DNA from: a virus
Lineage: Duplodnaviria; Caudoviricetes
Strand: one strand, 5' to 3'
Virus record (IMG/VR): IMGVR_UViG_3300042291_001013
DNA length: 64,000 nucleotides
Of the stretch, positions 30,480 through 39,978 are shown piece by piece. The notes under the pieces are model-generated. The model did not search any database, had not been told where the DNA came from, and was given only the letters and a program-made list of their open reading frames with translations. The position numbers were made by a program, and so were the translations under genes. The first letter of the stretch is position 1. Each line of letters begins with the position of its first letter.

Positions 30480-31221
30480 CACACCCGAATGTAACTATGT
30501 GAATTGCGCCGATTCCTTGGCCAAGAGCATCAAGTACTATCATCCTGACGCTCAGATTTGCCTGCTTACAAATGAAGATGTGCAACCAAGCAAGATGATT
30601 GATTATGTTCGCCCGTTTCCCTATCCCTTGGTAGAGGATGCTTGGGCCAATGACTGGCAAGTGTTCCGTGCCAGTCCTTTTAGAGAAACAATCAAACTAG
30701 AAGCAGATATGCTGATCACCAGACCCGTGGATTACTGGTGGACTATCTTGCGCAACCGTGATGTTGTAGTAAGCACAGGCTGTAGAGATTGGCAAAACCG
30801 CCGTGCCAGTTCGCGTCACTATCGTCAGGTGTTTGATGCCAACAACTTGCCTGACGTTTACAACGCTATTACATACTGGAGACTGAGCAAAACTGCACAG
30901 GAATTCTTTGACACAGTGCGCATGATCTTTGAAAATTGGGCGGACTATCGTGCGCTGTTGAAGTTTCCTGAAGAAAAAGCCAGCACAGATGTTGTCTACG
31001 CTATGGCGGCCAATATTATTGGTCCTGAACGTTGCACCATGCCCTTTGCCAGCTACCCACAAATTGTACACATGAAGCGCCATGTCATTGCCGGCCAGCG
31101 AGAAAAATGGCAAGATGAATTGCTGTGGGAATACAATGATTACATCATGCGTATCAATACCATAATGCAGTGGAATCCATTTCACTATCATCACAAAGAA
31201 TGGATCAATGACACAAGATGA
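30436..31221 (+). CDS. Glycosyltransferase-like, paralog of 29649-30479
   Basis: FRASPFRETIKLEADM (ExD at the DxD position), STDVVYAMA, IVHMK. TTG start uncertain. Confidence 0.65.
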   Translation: MRPIAEQGFLIVAINTPECNYVNCADSLAKSIKYYHPDAQICLLTNEDVQPSKMIDYVRPFPYPLVEDAWANDWQVFRASPFRETIKLEADMLITRPVDYWWTILRNRDVVVSTGCRDWQNRRASSRHYRQVFDANNLPDVYNAITYWRLSKTAQEFFDTVRMIFENWADYRALLKFPEEKASTDVVYAMAANIIGPERCTMPFASYPQIVHMKRHVIAGQREKWQDELLWEYNDYIMRINTIMQWNPFHYHHKEWINDTR

Positions 31222-31543
31222 ATTTTTAAACATCTGGCTGGACGTTCCCAAGCCCCAGCCAGTGTTTTATCGACTGTATCACGACAGCACTGGTGTGCCG
31301 TTATTCTACAGCATGGAAGATAGCCCCGGTACATACATTGAAATAGATCAAGCGACCTTTGCTCGCAATCAATTCAACGTGCGAGTACGGGACAGCAAGC
31401 TGGTAGAAATCACCTGGAAGACTTCTGCTAAGTTAGTGCCCAGTGATACAGGAACACCGTGTCATCCACAGGATGTCACAATAGTTGTTGGTGAAGACAA
31501 CCCACATCAAAAATGGAGCAAGAGAATATATGAAGGAAATTGA
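31208..31543 (+). CDS. Hypothetical protein (111 aa)
   Basis: ORF overlapping both neighbours in the operon; no recognised motif. Confidence 0.7.
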   Translation: MTQDEFLNIWLDVPKPQPVFYRLYHDSTGVPLFYSMEDSPGTYIEIDQATFARNQFNVRVRDSKLVEITWKTSAKLVPSDTGTPCHPQDVTIVVGEDNPHQKWSKRIYEGN

Positions 31544-32453
31544 CGTTGCAGACCTAGACTGCATCTATCTAAGCTATGATGAACCTAACCGAGAAGAATT
31601 TTGGGTCAAGATTAAAAACATGGTTCCCTGGGCCAAGCGTGTGGATGGCATCAAAGGATCAGACGCCGCACACAAAGCAGCCGCCAGGGCCAGTGACACT
31701 GATCGTTTTGTTCTTGTTGATGGCGATAACATCCCTAACGGAACTTTTTTTAATCAAACGCTGGTACTTTCTACGCCGGAACATGAGAATGCTGTGTTCC
31801 GCTGGCGTGCTCGTAATCATATCAACGGATTGATGTATGGCAATGGTGGCCTCAGTAGTTGGACACGAGAATTTGTGTTGAACATGAAAACACACGAAGC
31901 CAGTGACGGAAGTGTTGACACCCAAGTTGAGTTTTGCTTTGATCCCTTGTACTGGGCCATGCATGATTGCTACTCAACAACATATCCCAATGGATCCCCA
32001 TTCCATGCTTGGCGTGCGGGGTTTCGTGAAGGTGTTAAGATGTGTTTGCAACGTGGACGCCGCCCCAGTATTGACGAGTTCAAAGGACAAGTACTTAGAA
32101 ATTTGGACAACATGACCATATGGCACAACGTGGGCGCAGATGTTGAATACGGTGAGTGGGCCATTACCGGGGCTAGACAAGGTACCTACATGACCATGCT
32201 CACAAACTGGGATCATATACAGGTGCAGGACTTTGACGCTCTTGCTGATCTGTGGTTAACAGTAAAGGACAGTCAGCCTCGTATACTTGCCAACCAGTTG
32301 GGTCCAGAACTGGGCACACAACTAGACCTGCCCATGGCCATATTAGAAGCTGAACAATCAGCGTTTTTCAAACATCACTACAATTCACAGTGGCAAAACC
32401 GTGGGGTAATGACTCGTGAAATAGATGTAATTAGACAACAAGAAGGATGGTAA
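31530..32453 (+). CDS. GT-A-like (GT2-related) protein
   Basis: Probable start is the ATG at 31530 (track start 31485). DCIYLSYDEPN...RVDGIKGSDAAHKAAARASDTDRFVLVDGDN gives a nucleotide-sugar-binding pattern with DxD. Confidence 0.65.
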   Translation: MKEIDVADLDCIYLSYDEPNREEFWVKIKNMVPWAKRVDGIKGSDAAHKAAARASDTDRFVLVDGDNIPNGTFFNQTLVLSTPEHENAVFRWRARNHINGLMYGNGGLSSWTREFVLNMKTHEASDGSVDTQVEFCFDPLYWAMHDCYSTTYPNGSPFHAWRAGFREGVKMCLQRGRRPSIDEFKGQVLRNLDNMTIWHNVGADVEYGEWAITGARQGTYMTMLTNWDHIQVQDFDALADLWLTVKDSQPRILANQLGPELGTQLDLPMAILEAEQSAFFKHHYNSQWQNRGVMTREIDVIRQQEGW

Positions 32454-32456
32454 TCA

Positions 32457-33377
32457 ATGAAAAAATTAATAGCAACACTTTTGACTGTATTGGCATTGCA
32501 GGCCCATGCACAAGTAATCACACTCAAATCTCCATACAATGCACAGCATGCTGGACATTCGGCCATATACAAGATATTTGAGCATGCTAACTCTAGCCAA
32601 AAGAAATACACGTTCATGCTAGAACTCAAACCTGGAGGACAAGGTACTATTGCGTTGAAAGACATGGACAGGACTCCAGCCACAGCACTAGGGCTGATTG
32701 CCGCGCCCTATGTACAAAATACCATCGACGGTGTATTAAACGAAGCAGACTACGTGCCTGTTACCAGTTTGGGAGATGCTTGTTGGTTCATTATTAGCAA
32801 CGTGGGAGATGAAAAAGAAGGGGTCAAGAGTTTGCTATCTGCTTCTCCTGACTTGGTGGGTAGTGTTGTGGGCATTGGTTCAGCAACACACTTGGCAATG
32901 ATAGAAATCAGCGACAAATTAAACAGACCTTACAGATACGTTAATTTTAAAAGTGCGGCTGAGGGCAATGTGTTGTTAGCTGGAAACAATGGTGTCAACT
33001 TTGGTATTGCACCCAATGCAGAGTTTTTGAACTTAAAAAATATTAATCCAAGCATGCAACGTCTTGCCATGCATTGCGAACGTAGACATCCACAAGCACC
33101 GCATGTGGCCACCACACGTCAACAAGGTATTGATGCACCGTATGTGTTTAATACTGTGTTGGCCAGTGTAAACATGCCTGTAGAACGCCGACAAGAAATT
33201 AAAACTATACTAGATAACGCTATACTAGCAATTGGGCAAGATCAAATCTTGGCAATTAGTGACTTTAATCCGCCAGTGTTTAGGCAACTCAATGTGGAAG
33301 AATACCACAAACAGAAAATGGTTGCAATGAAACGTGCATTGACCAAACATCGTTCAAAAATTGAGGCTGCAAAATGA
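32457..33377 (+). CDS. TctC/Bug-family tripartite tricarboxylate transporter substrate-binding protein
   Basis: Signal peptide (MKKLIATLLTVLALQAHA), ELKPGGQGTIA, YVPVTSLG, VGIGSATHL, RHPQAPHVATTRQQG, all consistent with the Bug fold. Confidence 0.7.
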   Translation: MKKLIATLLTVLALQAHAQVITLKSPYNAQHAGHSAIYKIFEHANSSQKKYTFMLELKPGGQGTIALKDMDRTPATALGLIAAPYVQNTIDGVLNEADYVPVTSLGDACWFIISNVGDEKEGVKSLLSASPDLVGSVVGIGSATHLAMIEISDKLNRPYRYVNFKSAAEGNVLLAGNNGVNFGIAPNAEFLNLKNINPSMQRLAMHCERRHPQAPHVATTRQQGIDAPYVFNTVLASVNMPVERRQEIKTILDNAILAIGQDQILAISDFNPPVFRQLNVEEYHKQKMVAMKRALTKHRSKIEAAK

Positions 33378-34459
33378 AAAGAGTAGTACTGGCTGTTCCT
33401 GACCCTTGGAATTATTTTAATCAATTCCCTGACTACAGCCTAGCCATTATTAATCCAGACAGTGATCCTAGCCGCAAACAATATCTATTAGATAATTTAG
33501 ACTGGAGTTTGTTGGTCACGTGTGATAGCGCACAACATCGCGACGGTGGCGATTACGGCAACGAACAAATGGTAATGTACACTTCGGGCACCACTGGAGA
33601 TTCAAAGTTTTTTAGTTATTCTACTACTCAAGTACAGCATGTTGTTGATAACATAATTGCCAGCTACGAATTAACAGCCAATGATCGATTTTTAAGTGTC
33701 ATGCCCTTGTGGCACGGTCACGGACATATCTTAAACTATGTTGTTGCAAAAGTTGGAATGCAGGTACATCATGCTCGGCTGTCCGACTTGAAAAAACCAA
33801 TAGAATTTAGCCCAACTTGGGTGTCTGCAATTCCTGACATACTTAGAGTAATGTCACGCACCCAAAAATTCCCCAACTTGCGTTTTGCTAGATCAGCTAG
33901 TGTTGCATTGCCTGATCAAGTTTTTAATGATTTAAAAACATCTTTTAACACCCCGGTGATTGAATCTTTTGGCATGACTGAAGCATGTAGTCATTGCTTT
34001 ACCAATCCCTTATATGGTGAACAACGTATAGGAACCATTGGACTTCCTGACGGGATCAACGCAGACATACGCAACGGCAGCCTATGGCTGCGCGGCCCAC
34101 AATGTCACACAGCAGATTGGTTTGACACTGAAGACCTGGCCGAGCAAGATTCTGCAGGATATTACAAAATACTAGGGCGTAGGTTAGACCGATTAACGTT
34201 ACATGGGATCAAACTGGATCCATTAAGCATAGAAAATCAATTGTATAATCTCATACCGCAGTTGACCGAAGTTGCGGTGTTTGGAGAAAACAAAACAATG
34301 TGTGTGTATGTTGGCGATGTGGCCCCCAGTCGGGTGCGACAATCATTAAATGATATTTCTGCATATTGCAATCCTAAATTTCTCAAACAAGTTGAAAGCA
34401 TACCTAAAAACACCGCAGGAAAAATATCACGTTCACTGCTAAAGGAAATTTACAATTGA
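33374..34459 (+). CDS. Adenylate-forming enzyme (ANL/acyl-CoA synthetase family), compact
   Basis: VMYTSGTTGDSK (A3 P-loop), MPLWHGHG, ESFGMTEA, WFDTEDL, ILGRRLD, PKNTAGKISR (A10 Lys). Confidence 0.85.
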   Translation: MKRVVLAVPDPWNYFNQFPDYSLAIINPDSDPSRKQYLLDNLDWSLLVTCDSAQHRDGGDYGNEQMVMYTSGTTGDSKFFSYSTTQVQHVVDNIIASYELTANDRFLSVMPLWHGHGHILNYVVAKVGMQVHHARLSDLKKPIEFSPTWVSAIPDILRVMSRTQKFPNLRFARSASVALPDQVFNDLKTSFNTPVIESFGMTEACSHCFTNPLYGEQRIGTIGLPDGINADIRNGSLWLRGPQCHTADWFDTEDLAEQDSAGYYKILGRRLDRLTLHGIKLDPLSIENQLYNLIPQLTEVAVFGENKTMCVYVGDVAPSRVRQSLNDISAYCNPKFLKQVESIPKNTAGKISRSLLKEIYN

Positions 34460-35166
34460 AAATTCTAGTAAACGGACCCAGTGTGTCACGAGGCCCAGGG
34501 TCGTGGCCTTACTTGTTGCAAGAGCACTACACTGCTGACCTTGTTAATTTGAGTCAAGCAGGTGCTGGAAATACCTACATTCACGAAACTACTGTAGCTG
34601 AACTTGCACAACGATCTTATGACCTAGTGGCAATCATGTGGGCAGATCAACAGCGCCTGGACATCAAAGTAAAAAACATTGATTATTTTCAAGATACCAT
34701 CTACACCAGTAAATTCCAAAAAACCATGAACGACTGGCCAGAGAAGATTGTGGAGCCTGTTAACGACCAAGACTATGTACAAGACAACTGGGTGTTTGGT
34801 TGCGGGTATATCAATACCAAGGATCCTTGTTTGGTAGAACTTTTTGACTCTTATTACCAGCACACTGATGTTGACTCTCGCTACTTTAGCAGTATCATCA
34901 AAATGATCAGTCTGCAGGGTGTGCTTAAAAATCTTGGAATAAAGTATGTGTTCTGTGGTGTACGTACTTTGCCATTGTTGGATCGCTACAAACATCTATA
35001 TCAGTTACTGGATTGGAATTGCATAATCAACGACTTTACTCCCCATCACGTGGCCTACCGGGACAACTGCTGGGAACCTGATCAAATCCACCCTGGTCCA
35101 GCCGCACACCGAGAATTTGCCGACCACATGATTGCTCAATTTCAACAAAGACATACAGTTACATAA
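34456..35166 (+). CDS. SGNH/GDSL-fold hydrolase or acyltransferase-like protein
   Basis: ILVNGPSVS (block I Ser), VNLSQAGAGN (block II), DQIHPGPAAH (DxxH); TTG start. Confidence 0.6.
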   Translation: MKILVNGPSVSRGPGSWPYLLQEHYTADLVNLSQAGAGNTYIHETTVAELAQRSYDLVAIMWADQQRLDIKVKNIDYFQDTIYTSKFQKTMNDWPEKIVEPVNDQDYVQDNWVFGCGYINTKDPCLVELFDSYYQHTDVDSRYFSSIIKMISLQGVLKNLGIKYVFCGVRTLPLLDRYKHLYQLLDWNCIINDFTPHHVAYRDNCWEPDQIHPGPAAHREFADHMIAQFQQRHTVT

Positions 35167-36152
35167 TGATTAATATTCCGCACATTGATCTTAAGATTTG
35201 GAATCCTGAATTCAAAACAATTGAAATTGTTTCAGAGTTACAACAGCACAGCAGTGTGTCTATCAGCATTGACGGCGAAGGATCTGATTGTGAAACGCTG
35301 GGCTTGTATAAACTATTGGATGCAGTATGCAGTAACTTAGGTTACACCCCCGACGCCATAAGCATACACACTTGCAATCAATTAGAACATCATCCTTGCT
35401 ATAAAATTATCAAGCATCCACCGTTGTATATTCCCAGCGGGCAACAGTTTGCAACTCAGCACACGCTACCAGGGAAGCGTTGGGACACATTGAAACATTT
35501 TGGTATGTTTATTGGGCGTAGCAGTTGGCAACGACTGTGGATGGCCAGTCACACATGGAGTAACTACAGCGATAAAACTGTTATGACGTATCACTATGAC
35601 AGTAGTGTTGACTATCATCGCACACATTTAAGTTTTGATGAACTAGCACATCAAATAGGATTGCCCAAGGCAGTTGATACAGCTGGTAAGTTTATGCAAC
35701 AATTACCTATCAAAAACGAAGCTGTTGACAGCTATCCTATTCTAACTCCGGCACACTTTGCCATATCCAAACTGTACCCTGATTTTTTTGTGGAAATAGT
35801 ATGTGAAACTTTTTTAAGCGGTAACAGCTTCTACCCCACAGAAAAAACCTGGAGACCTTTTATATGTCGTACACCGTTTTTGACTCTGGGCCCACGTGGC
35901 TTTTTGGCAAACTTACATACGCTGGGGTTTAAAACATTCTCTCAGTGGTGGGACGAAAGCTACGATCAAGACGCAGACCTAGACAACGGACGGGTAGCTA
36001 TCAACTGCATACAGCAAACACAACAACGCTTGAGCAAATTGAGCACAGTAGAACTAGAAGGTATGTATATTGACATGAAAGATACTTTAGATTATAACTA
36101 TCAACACTTCATGCAGTTAAAAGAAAAGGACTTTGCAAAAATATGGCCATGA
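35166..36152 (+). CDS. TEK-family putative glycosyltransferase (GT10-like), paralog 1
   Basis: EIVCETFLSGNSFYPTEKTWRPFICRTPFLTLG...GFKTFSQWWDESYD. Confidence 0.55.
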   Translation: MINIPHIDLKIWNPEFKTIEIVSELQQHSSVSISIDGEGSDCETLGLYKLLDAVCSNLGYTPDAISIHTCNQLEHHPCYKIIKHPPLYIPSGQQFATQHTLPGKRWDTLKHFGMFIGRSSWQRLWMASHTWSNYSDKTVMTYHYDSSVDYHRTHLSFDELAHQIGLPKAVDTAGKFMQQLPIKNEAVDSYPILTPAHFAISKLYPDFFVEIVCETFLSGNSFYPTEKTWRPFICRTPFLTLGPRGFLANLHTLGFKTFSQWWDESYDQDADLDNGRVAINCIQQTQQRLSKLSTVELEGMYIDMKDTLDYNYQHFMQLKEKDFAKIWP

Positions 36153-37552
36153 ACAAAGGCGACGAAACAGTAGACAACAAGAGCCAGTTCCTAAACTCTG
36201 CTGAACAAATGGCAGAGAATCTAGGACCTGCACTGTGCTTGGCCAAGTGGAAGCAAGTAAGTCTGCACTTGCCCACAGGACTCAACAACTCATGCTACCA
36301 TCCTCCCTTGCACTCAATACCCATTGATGCTATTCAACGCAATCCCAGTGCCCTACACAATACTGAACACAAGAAAGCTCAACGACAGCAAATGCTGGCA
36401 GGCAACCGCCCTGCAGAATGCTCCTACTGTTGGAACATGGAAGATCAAGGCAAACTCAGCGACAGACACTATAGATCTGGGGAGCCCTGGGCCGCAGTGG
36501 ACTTTGAAAAGATTAAAAACTCCACTGGAGACGAAGATGATGTTATACCCAGTTATGTTGAGGTTAATTTCAACAACGCTTGTAACCTCAAGTGCAGTTA
36601 TTGCAGTCCCCAGTTTAGCTCTAGCTGGTCAGACGAAGCTAACCGTCTTGGTGCTTTCCCTACTTCTGCACCACATAATGCTCCTGAACACTTTACAGGG
36701 GCTAGACGTGTTATTCCCGCCAGGGAACACAATCCCTATGTTGAAGCATTTTGGCAGTGGTGGCCCACACTATACCCTGAGCTTAAACACTTTAGAATGA
36801 CTGGCGGGGAACCCTTGCTAGATCGAAACACCTACAGAGTATTTGACTATGTACTGGAACATCCCAAGCCTGATCTGCATCTAAACGTTACATCAAATTT
36901 TTCAGTGGACGAAAAGTCATGGCAACGGTACTTGGGCTATGTAAAACGCCTGTGCCAAGAGGGCAACCTAGAGCATTTTATGCAGTACGTGAGCCTGGAT
37001 GCCTGGGGCACACAAGCCGAGTACATACGCAATGGTTTGAATTTTGATCTGCTGTGGGACAGAGTAAATCAATTCTTGACCGAGGTACCCAGCTACAATT
37101 CATTAACGTTTATTGTTACCATGAACAATCTTTCAGTGTGCAGTCTTGAAAATCTTTTTGCCGGCATTTTGGGCCTGCGACAGACCTACTCAAAGACCTA
37201 TCAACGTGTGTGGTTTGATACGCCTGTGCTACGTGAGCCTGTGTGGCAAAGTTTACAAATCTTACCCGAAAGCTATGCTGAAAGACTGGAACACTTGTGG
37301 GCCTGGATGATACGCCAAAGCGAACAACCCAGCGACCCATTTCACGGGTTTAAAGATTATGAACTGGCTAGGTTGGACAGAGACATTGCTTGGATGCGAG
37401 CAGGGCAGGAAAAAGATCATGCCGTTGCCAAAGCAGACTTTTATAGATTCTTTAGTGAACACGATCGTCGACGCGGAACTGATTTTCTAGCAACTTTTCC
37501 TGAAATGCGAGCCTGGTGGGAGGAGTGTGCATATCATGCTAGGCAAACGTAA
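36143..37552 (+). CDS. Radical SAM enzyme with N-terminal twitch-like Fe-S domain, paralog 1
   Basis: CLAKW...SCYHP...ECSYCW, then NNACNLKCSYC (CxxxCxxC) and MTGGEPLL. Confidence 0.85.
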   Translation: MAMNKGDETVDNKSQFLNSAEQMAENLGPALCLAKWKQVSLHLPTGLNNSCYHPPLHSIPIDAIQRNPSALHNTEHKKAQRQQMLAGNRPAECSYCWNMEDQGKLSDRHYRSGEPWAAVDFEKIKNSTGDEDDVIPSYVEVNFNNACNLKCSYCSPQFSSSWSDEANRLGAFPTSAPHNAPEHFTGARRVIPAREHNPYVEAFWQWWPTLYPELKHFRMTGGEPLLDRNTYRVFDYVLEHPKPDLHLNVTSNFSVDEKSWQRYLGYVKRLCQEGNLEHFMQYVSLDAWGTQAEYIRNGLNFDLLWDRVNQFLTEVPSYNSLTFIVTMNNLSVCSLENLFAGILGLRQTYSKTYQRVWFDTPVLREPVWQSLQILPESYAERLEHLWAWMIRQSEQPSDPFHGFKDYELARLDRDIAWMRAGQEKDHAVAKADFYRFFSEHDRRRGTDFLATFPEMRAWWEECAYHARQT

Positions 37553-38639
37553 GATCATTGTGGATGAATGGGCCGAAGTATGGGACTTGCTAAAGCCCCA
37601 TGCTGATGCTAGTTTTTGGCAGTGGCCCGACACACCTGATTTAGATGCAGTGTACGTTGTGGGCCGTGTGGTGCTACGTGATCGCTGGGCTGACATCACA
37701 GCCTGGGCAGACCAGCATCCAGGACAGGTTGTTTTTTCAAACCCTGCTGAAGGTTCTGAAACCATACTGCTACAGCTTCGACGACTGCGTATTACCGAGC
37801 ACATAATGGATCGGCGCATGGGATTGTTAACGTCGGGCAACTTAGGCATAGATTTGCCTTACTGCCAAACTGACTGTTACTTTTCAAACATTGTTGAATA
37901 CTTAGAGAATTTACGAGCACATGAAAGTGTGCCGCAGATGCGTCACAAAACACACAAGCCCTATAGCTTTCTCATGCTGAATGGTCGATTAAGACCGCAC
38001 CGCAAGGCCATGATTGATGCCTTGCGTGAGCGTGATTTACTGGATCAAGCACTATGGACCAATCTAAATGCCCAGGTTGAAATGGCCTTTACCAGCCAGC
38101 TGGTGACAGCGCAGACCGAGCCCATTAGACTGTTACCGCCCGAATACGAAATTGAACGTGCTCGACCCAACATGAGCACAGCACCTGAACATGTGTTTGC
38201 CAAGCATCATTTGTTTGGCGACACCTGGGGCGATGCCATTGTGAATCCTGATGCGTACATTGACACTTACTTTAGTGTGGTAACCGAAACCATTTATGAC
38301 TATCCGCACACGTTTAGAACTGAAAAGATCTGGAAGCCCATGATAATGGAGCACCCATTTGTTGTGGCAGCCAATGCTGGCTATTATCGTGACCTGCATC
38401 AGGCCGGATTTCAAACGTTCCACAAGTTAATTGACGAGAGTTTTGACAGTATAGCGGACCCACAGCAACGATTGGATCGCATAGTTGACACTGTGGCGGA
38501 TATCTGCTATAATGGTGCTAGTAGTTTCATGGCAGCAGCCGCAGATGTTTGTAAATACAATTATCTACATCTTCGCGAACACAACCGCCGCGAACGACAA
38601 CAGCTTCCTGAGCAATTGGCAAAATACATCAATGAATGA
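37536..38639 (+). CDS. TEK-family putative glycosyltransferase, paralog 2
   Basis: SVVTETIYDYPHTFRTEKIWKPMIMEHPFVV...GFQTFHKLIDESFD; FLMLNGRLRPHR. Start ATG 37536 (track GTG 37527). Confidence 0.55.
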   Translation: MLGKRKIIVDEWAEVWDLLKPHADASFWQWPDTPDLDAVYVVGRVVLRDRWADITAWADQHPGQVVFSNPAEGSETILLQLRRLRITEHIMDRRMGLLTSGNLGIDLPYCQTDCYFSNIVEYLENLRAHESVPQMRHKTHKPYSFLMLNGRLRPHRKAMIDALRERDLLDQALWTNLNAQVEMAFTSQLVTAQTEPIRLLPPEYEIERARPNMSTAPEHVFAKHHLFGDTWGDAIVNPDAYIDTYFSVVTETIYDYPHTFRTEKIWKPMIMEHPFVVAANAGYYRDLHQAGFQTFHKLIDESFDSIADPQQRLDRIVDTVADICYNGASSFMAAAADVCKYNYLHLREHNRRERQQLPEQLAKYINE

Positions 38640-39978
38640 TTTGGAATTTAGACAGCAGGTGCTAGACCCTATTAGTTCTAGTTTTTGTGCGGCCAAGTGG
38701 TACAATGCGACCATTTGGTTGGGGTCAGGCATGACAACAAGTTGTCACCATCCCCCGGCCCATTTGGTGGACAAAGATAAAGTCCGTGCCAACCCTAGGC
38801 TCCTGCACAATACTGATCAAAAGAAAGCAGATCGTGCGCAAATGCTTGCTGGAGAGCGCCCAGCAGGTTGCGAGTACTGCTGGAAAATTGAAGACATGGG
38901 ACGCGATGCTGTGAGCGACCGTGTGTACAAAAGCAAAATATACTCCATCAAGGCACTAGATGACGCTAGAAATACACCCGCCAATAACGACGTTAACCTA
39001 CGCACCCTGGAGATTGCTTTTGATCGTACTTGCCAGTTTGCTTGTAGCTATTGCAACCCTGCATTTAGCACAACATGGGTTAATGATATTCGACGTAACG
39101 GAGCCTATACCAACCTTGTTAGTGATGGGCGCAACCATTTCACTCACACTCATGACAGTAGTCAGAAGTACAAAATTACAGAAGCTAATCCATACATTGA
39201 TTCTTTTTTTGCATGGTGGGACTCGGATCTGCATCACACACTGCAAGAGCTCAGAATCACAGGCGGAGAGCCCCTTATGTCAGCCCACACCTGGAGACTC
39301 ATTGACTGGTTTAAAGAGCATAAGGGCAAGAGTACTACACGCTTGGCTATCAATAGTAACCTGGGAACTGATGTCGATATTGACCGTTTACTCTCGAGTA
39401 CTCAGGGCATGCAAATAGACCTGTACACTTCAAACGAAGCACTAGGATCGCAGGCCGAATACATACGCGATGGCTTGGTTTGGGCGGACTGGGTCAACAA
39501 TGTCAATCGCTTGTTAGACAGCAAACAGTTCCGTGGTATACATGTGATGTGTACCATTAATGCCTTGTGCTTGGACAGTTTAGATAGTCTATTAGATTGC
39601 ATACTAAATTGGAAAACCAAATACGGACGTGAAGCCATTAGTTTCACATTGAACATCTTGCGTTTCCCCAGCTTTCAAAGCCCGCTGATACTGCCCACAG
39701 CATCGAAAACACACTATAAAACAGTGTTGGAAACTTGGTTGTTACAAAACAGTCACAGTGAATTCTTGCACGAACACGAGATCAATCATTTACAAAGATT
39801 AATTGATTACTTGGATGTGGTAAAAACTCCGCACTCAGACACATTTGAAATGCCCAAGCTACTGAATGACTTTAAACAGTTCTTCTCACAGTATGATCAA
39901 CGTCGCGGCAAAGACTTTGGCACTGCGTTTCCCAATTTAAAAGACTGGTATGACTCAATACAAATACAACAGCACTGA
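38632..39978 (+). CDS. Radical SAM enzyme with N-terminal twitch-like domain, paralog 2
   Basis: Probable start is the ATG at 38632, overlapping the upstream stop (track start 38485). CAAKW...TSCHHP...GCEYCW; DRTCQFACSYC; ITGGEPLM. Confidence 0.85.
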   Translation: MNDLEFRQQVLDPISSSFCAAKWYNATIWLGSGMTTSCHHPPAHLVDKDKVRANPRLLHNTDQKKADRAQMLAGERPAGCEYCWKIEDMGRDAVSDRVYKSKIYSIKALDDARNTPANNDVNLRTLEIAFDRTCQFACSYCNPAFSTTWVNDIRRNGAYTNLVSDGRNHFTHTHDSSQKYKITEANPYIDSFFAWWDSDLHHTLQELRITGGEPLMSAHTWRLIDWFKEHKGKSTTRLAINSNLGTDVDIDRLLSSTQGMQIDLYTSNEALGSQAEYIRDGLVWADWVNNVNRLLDSKQFRGIHVMCTINALCLDSLDSLLDCILNWKTKYGREAISFTLNILRFPSFQSPLILPTASKTHYKTVLETWLLQNSHSEFLHEHEINHLQRLIDYLDVVKTPHSDTFEMPKLLNDFKQFFSQYDQRRGKDFGTAFPNLKDWYDSIQIQQH

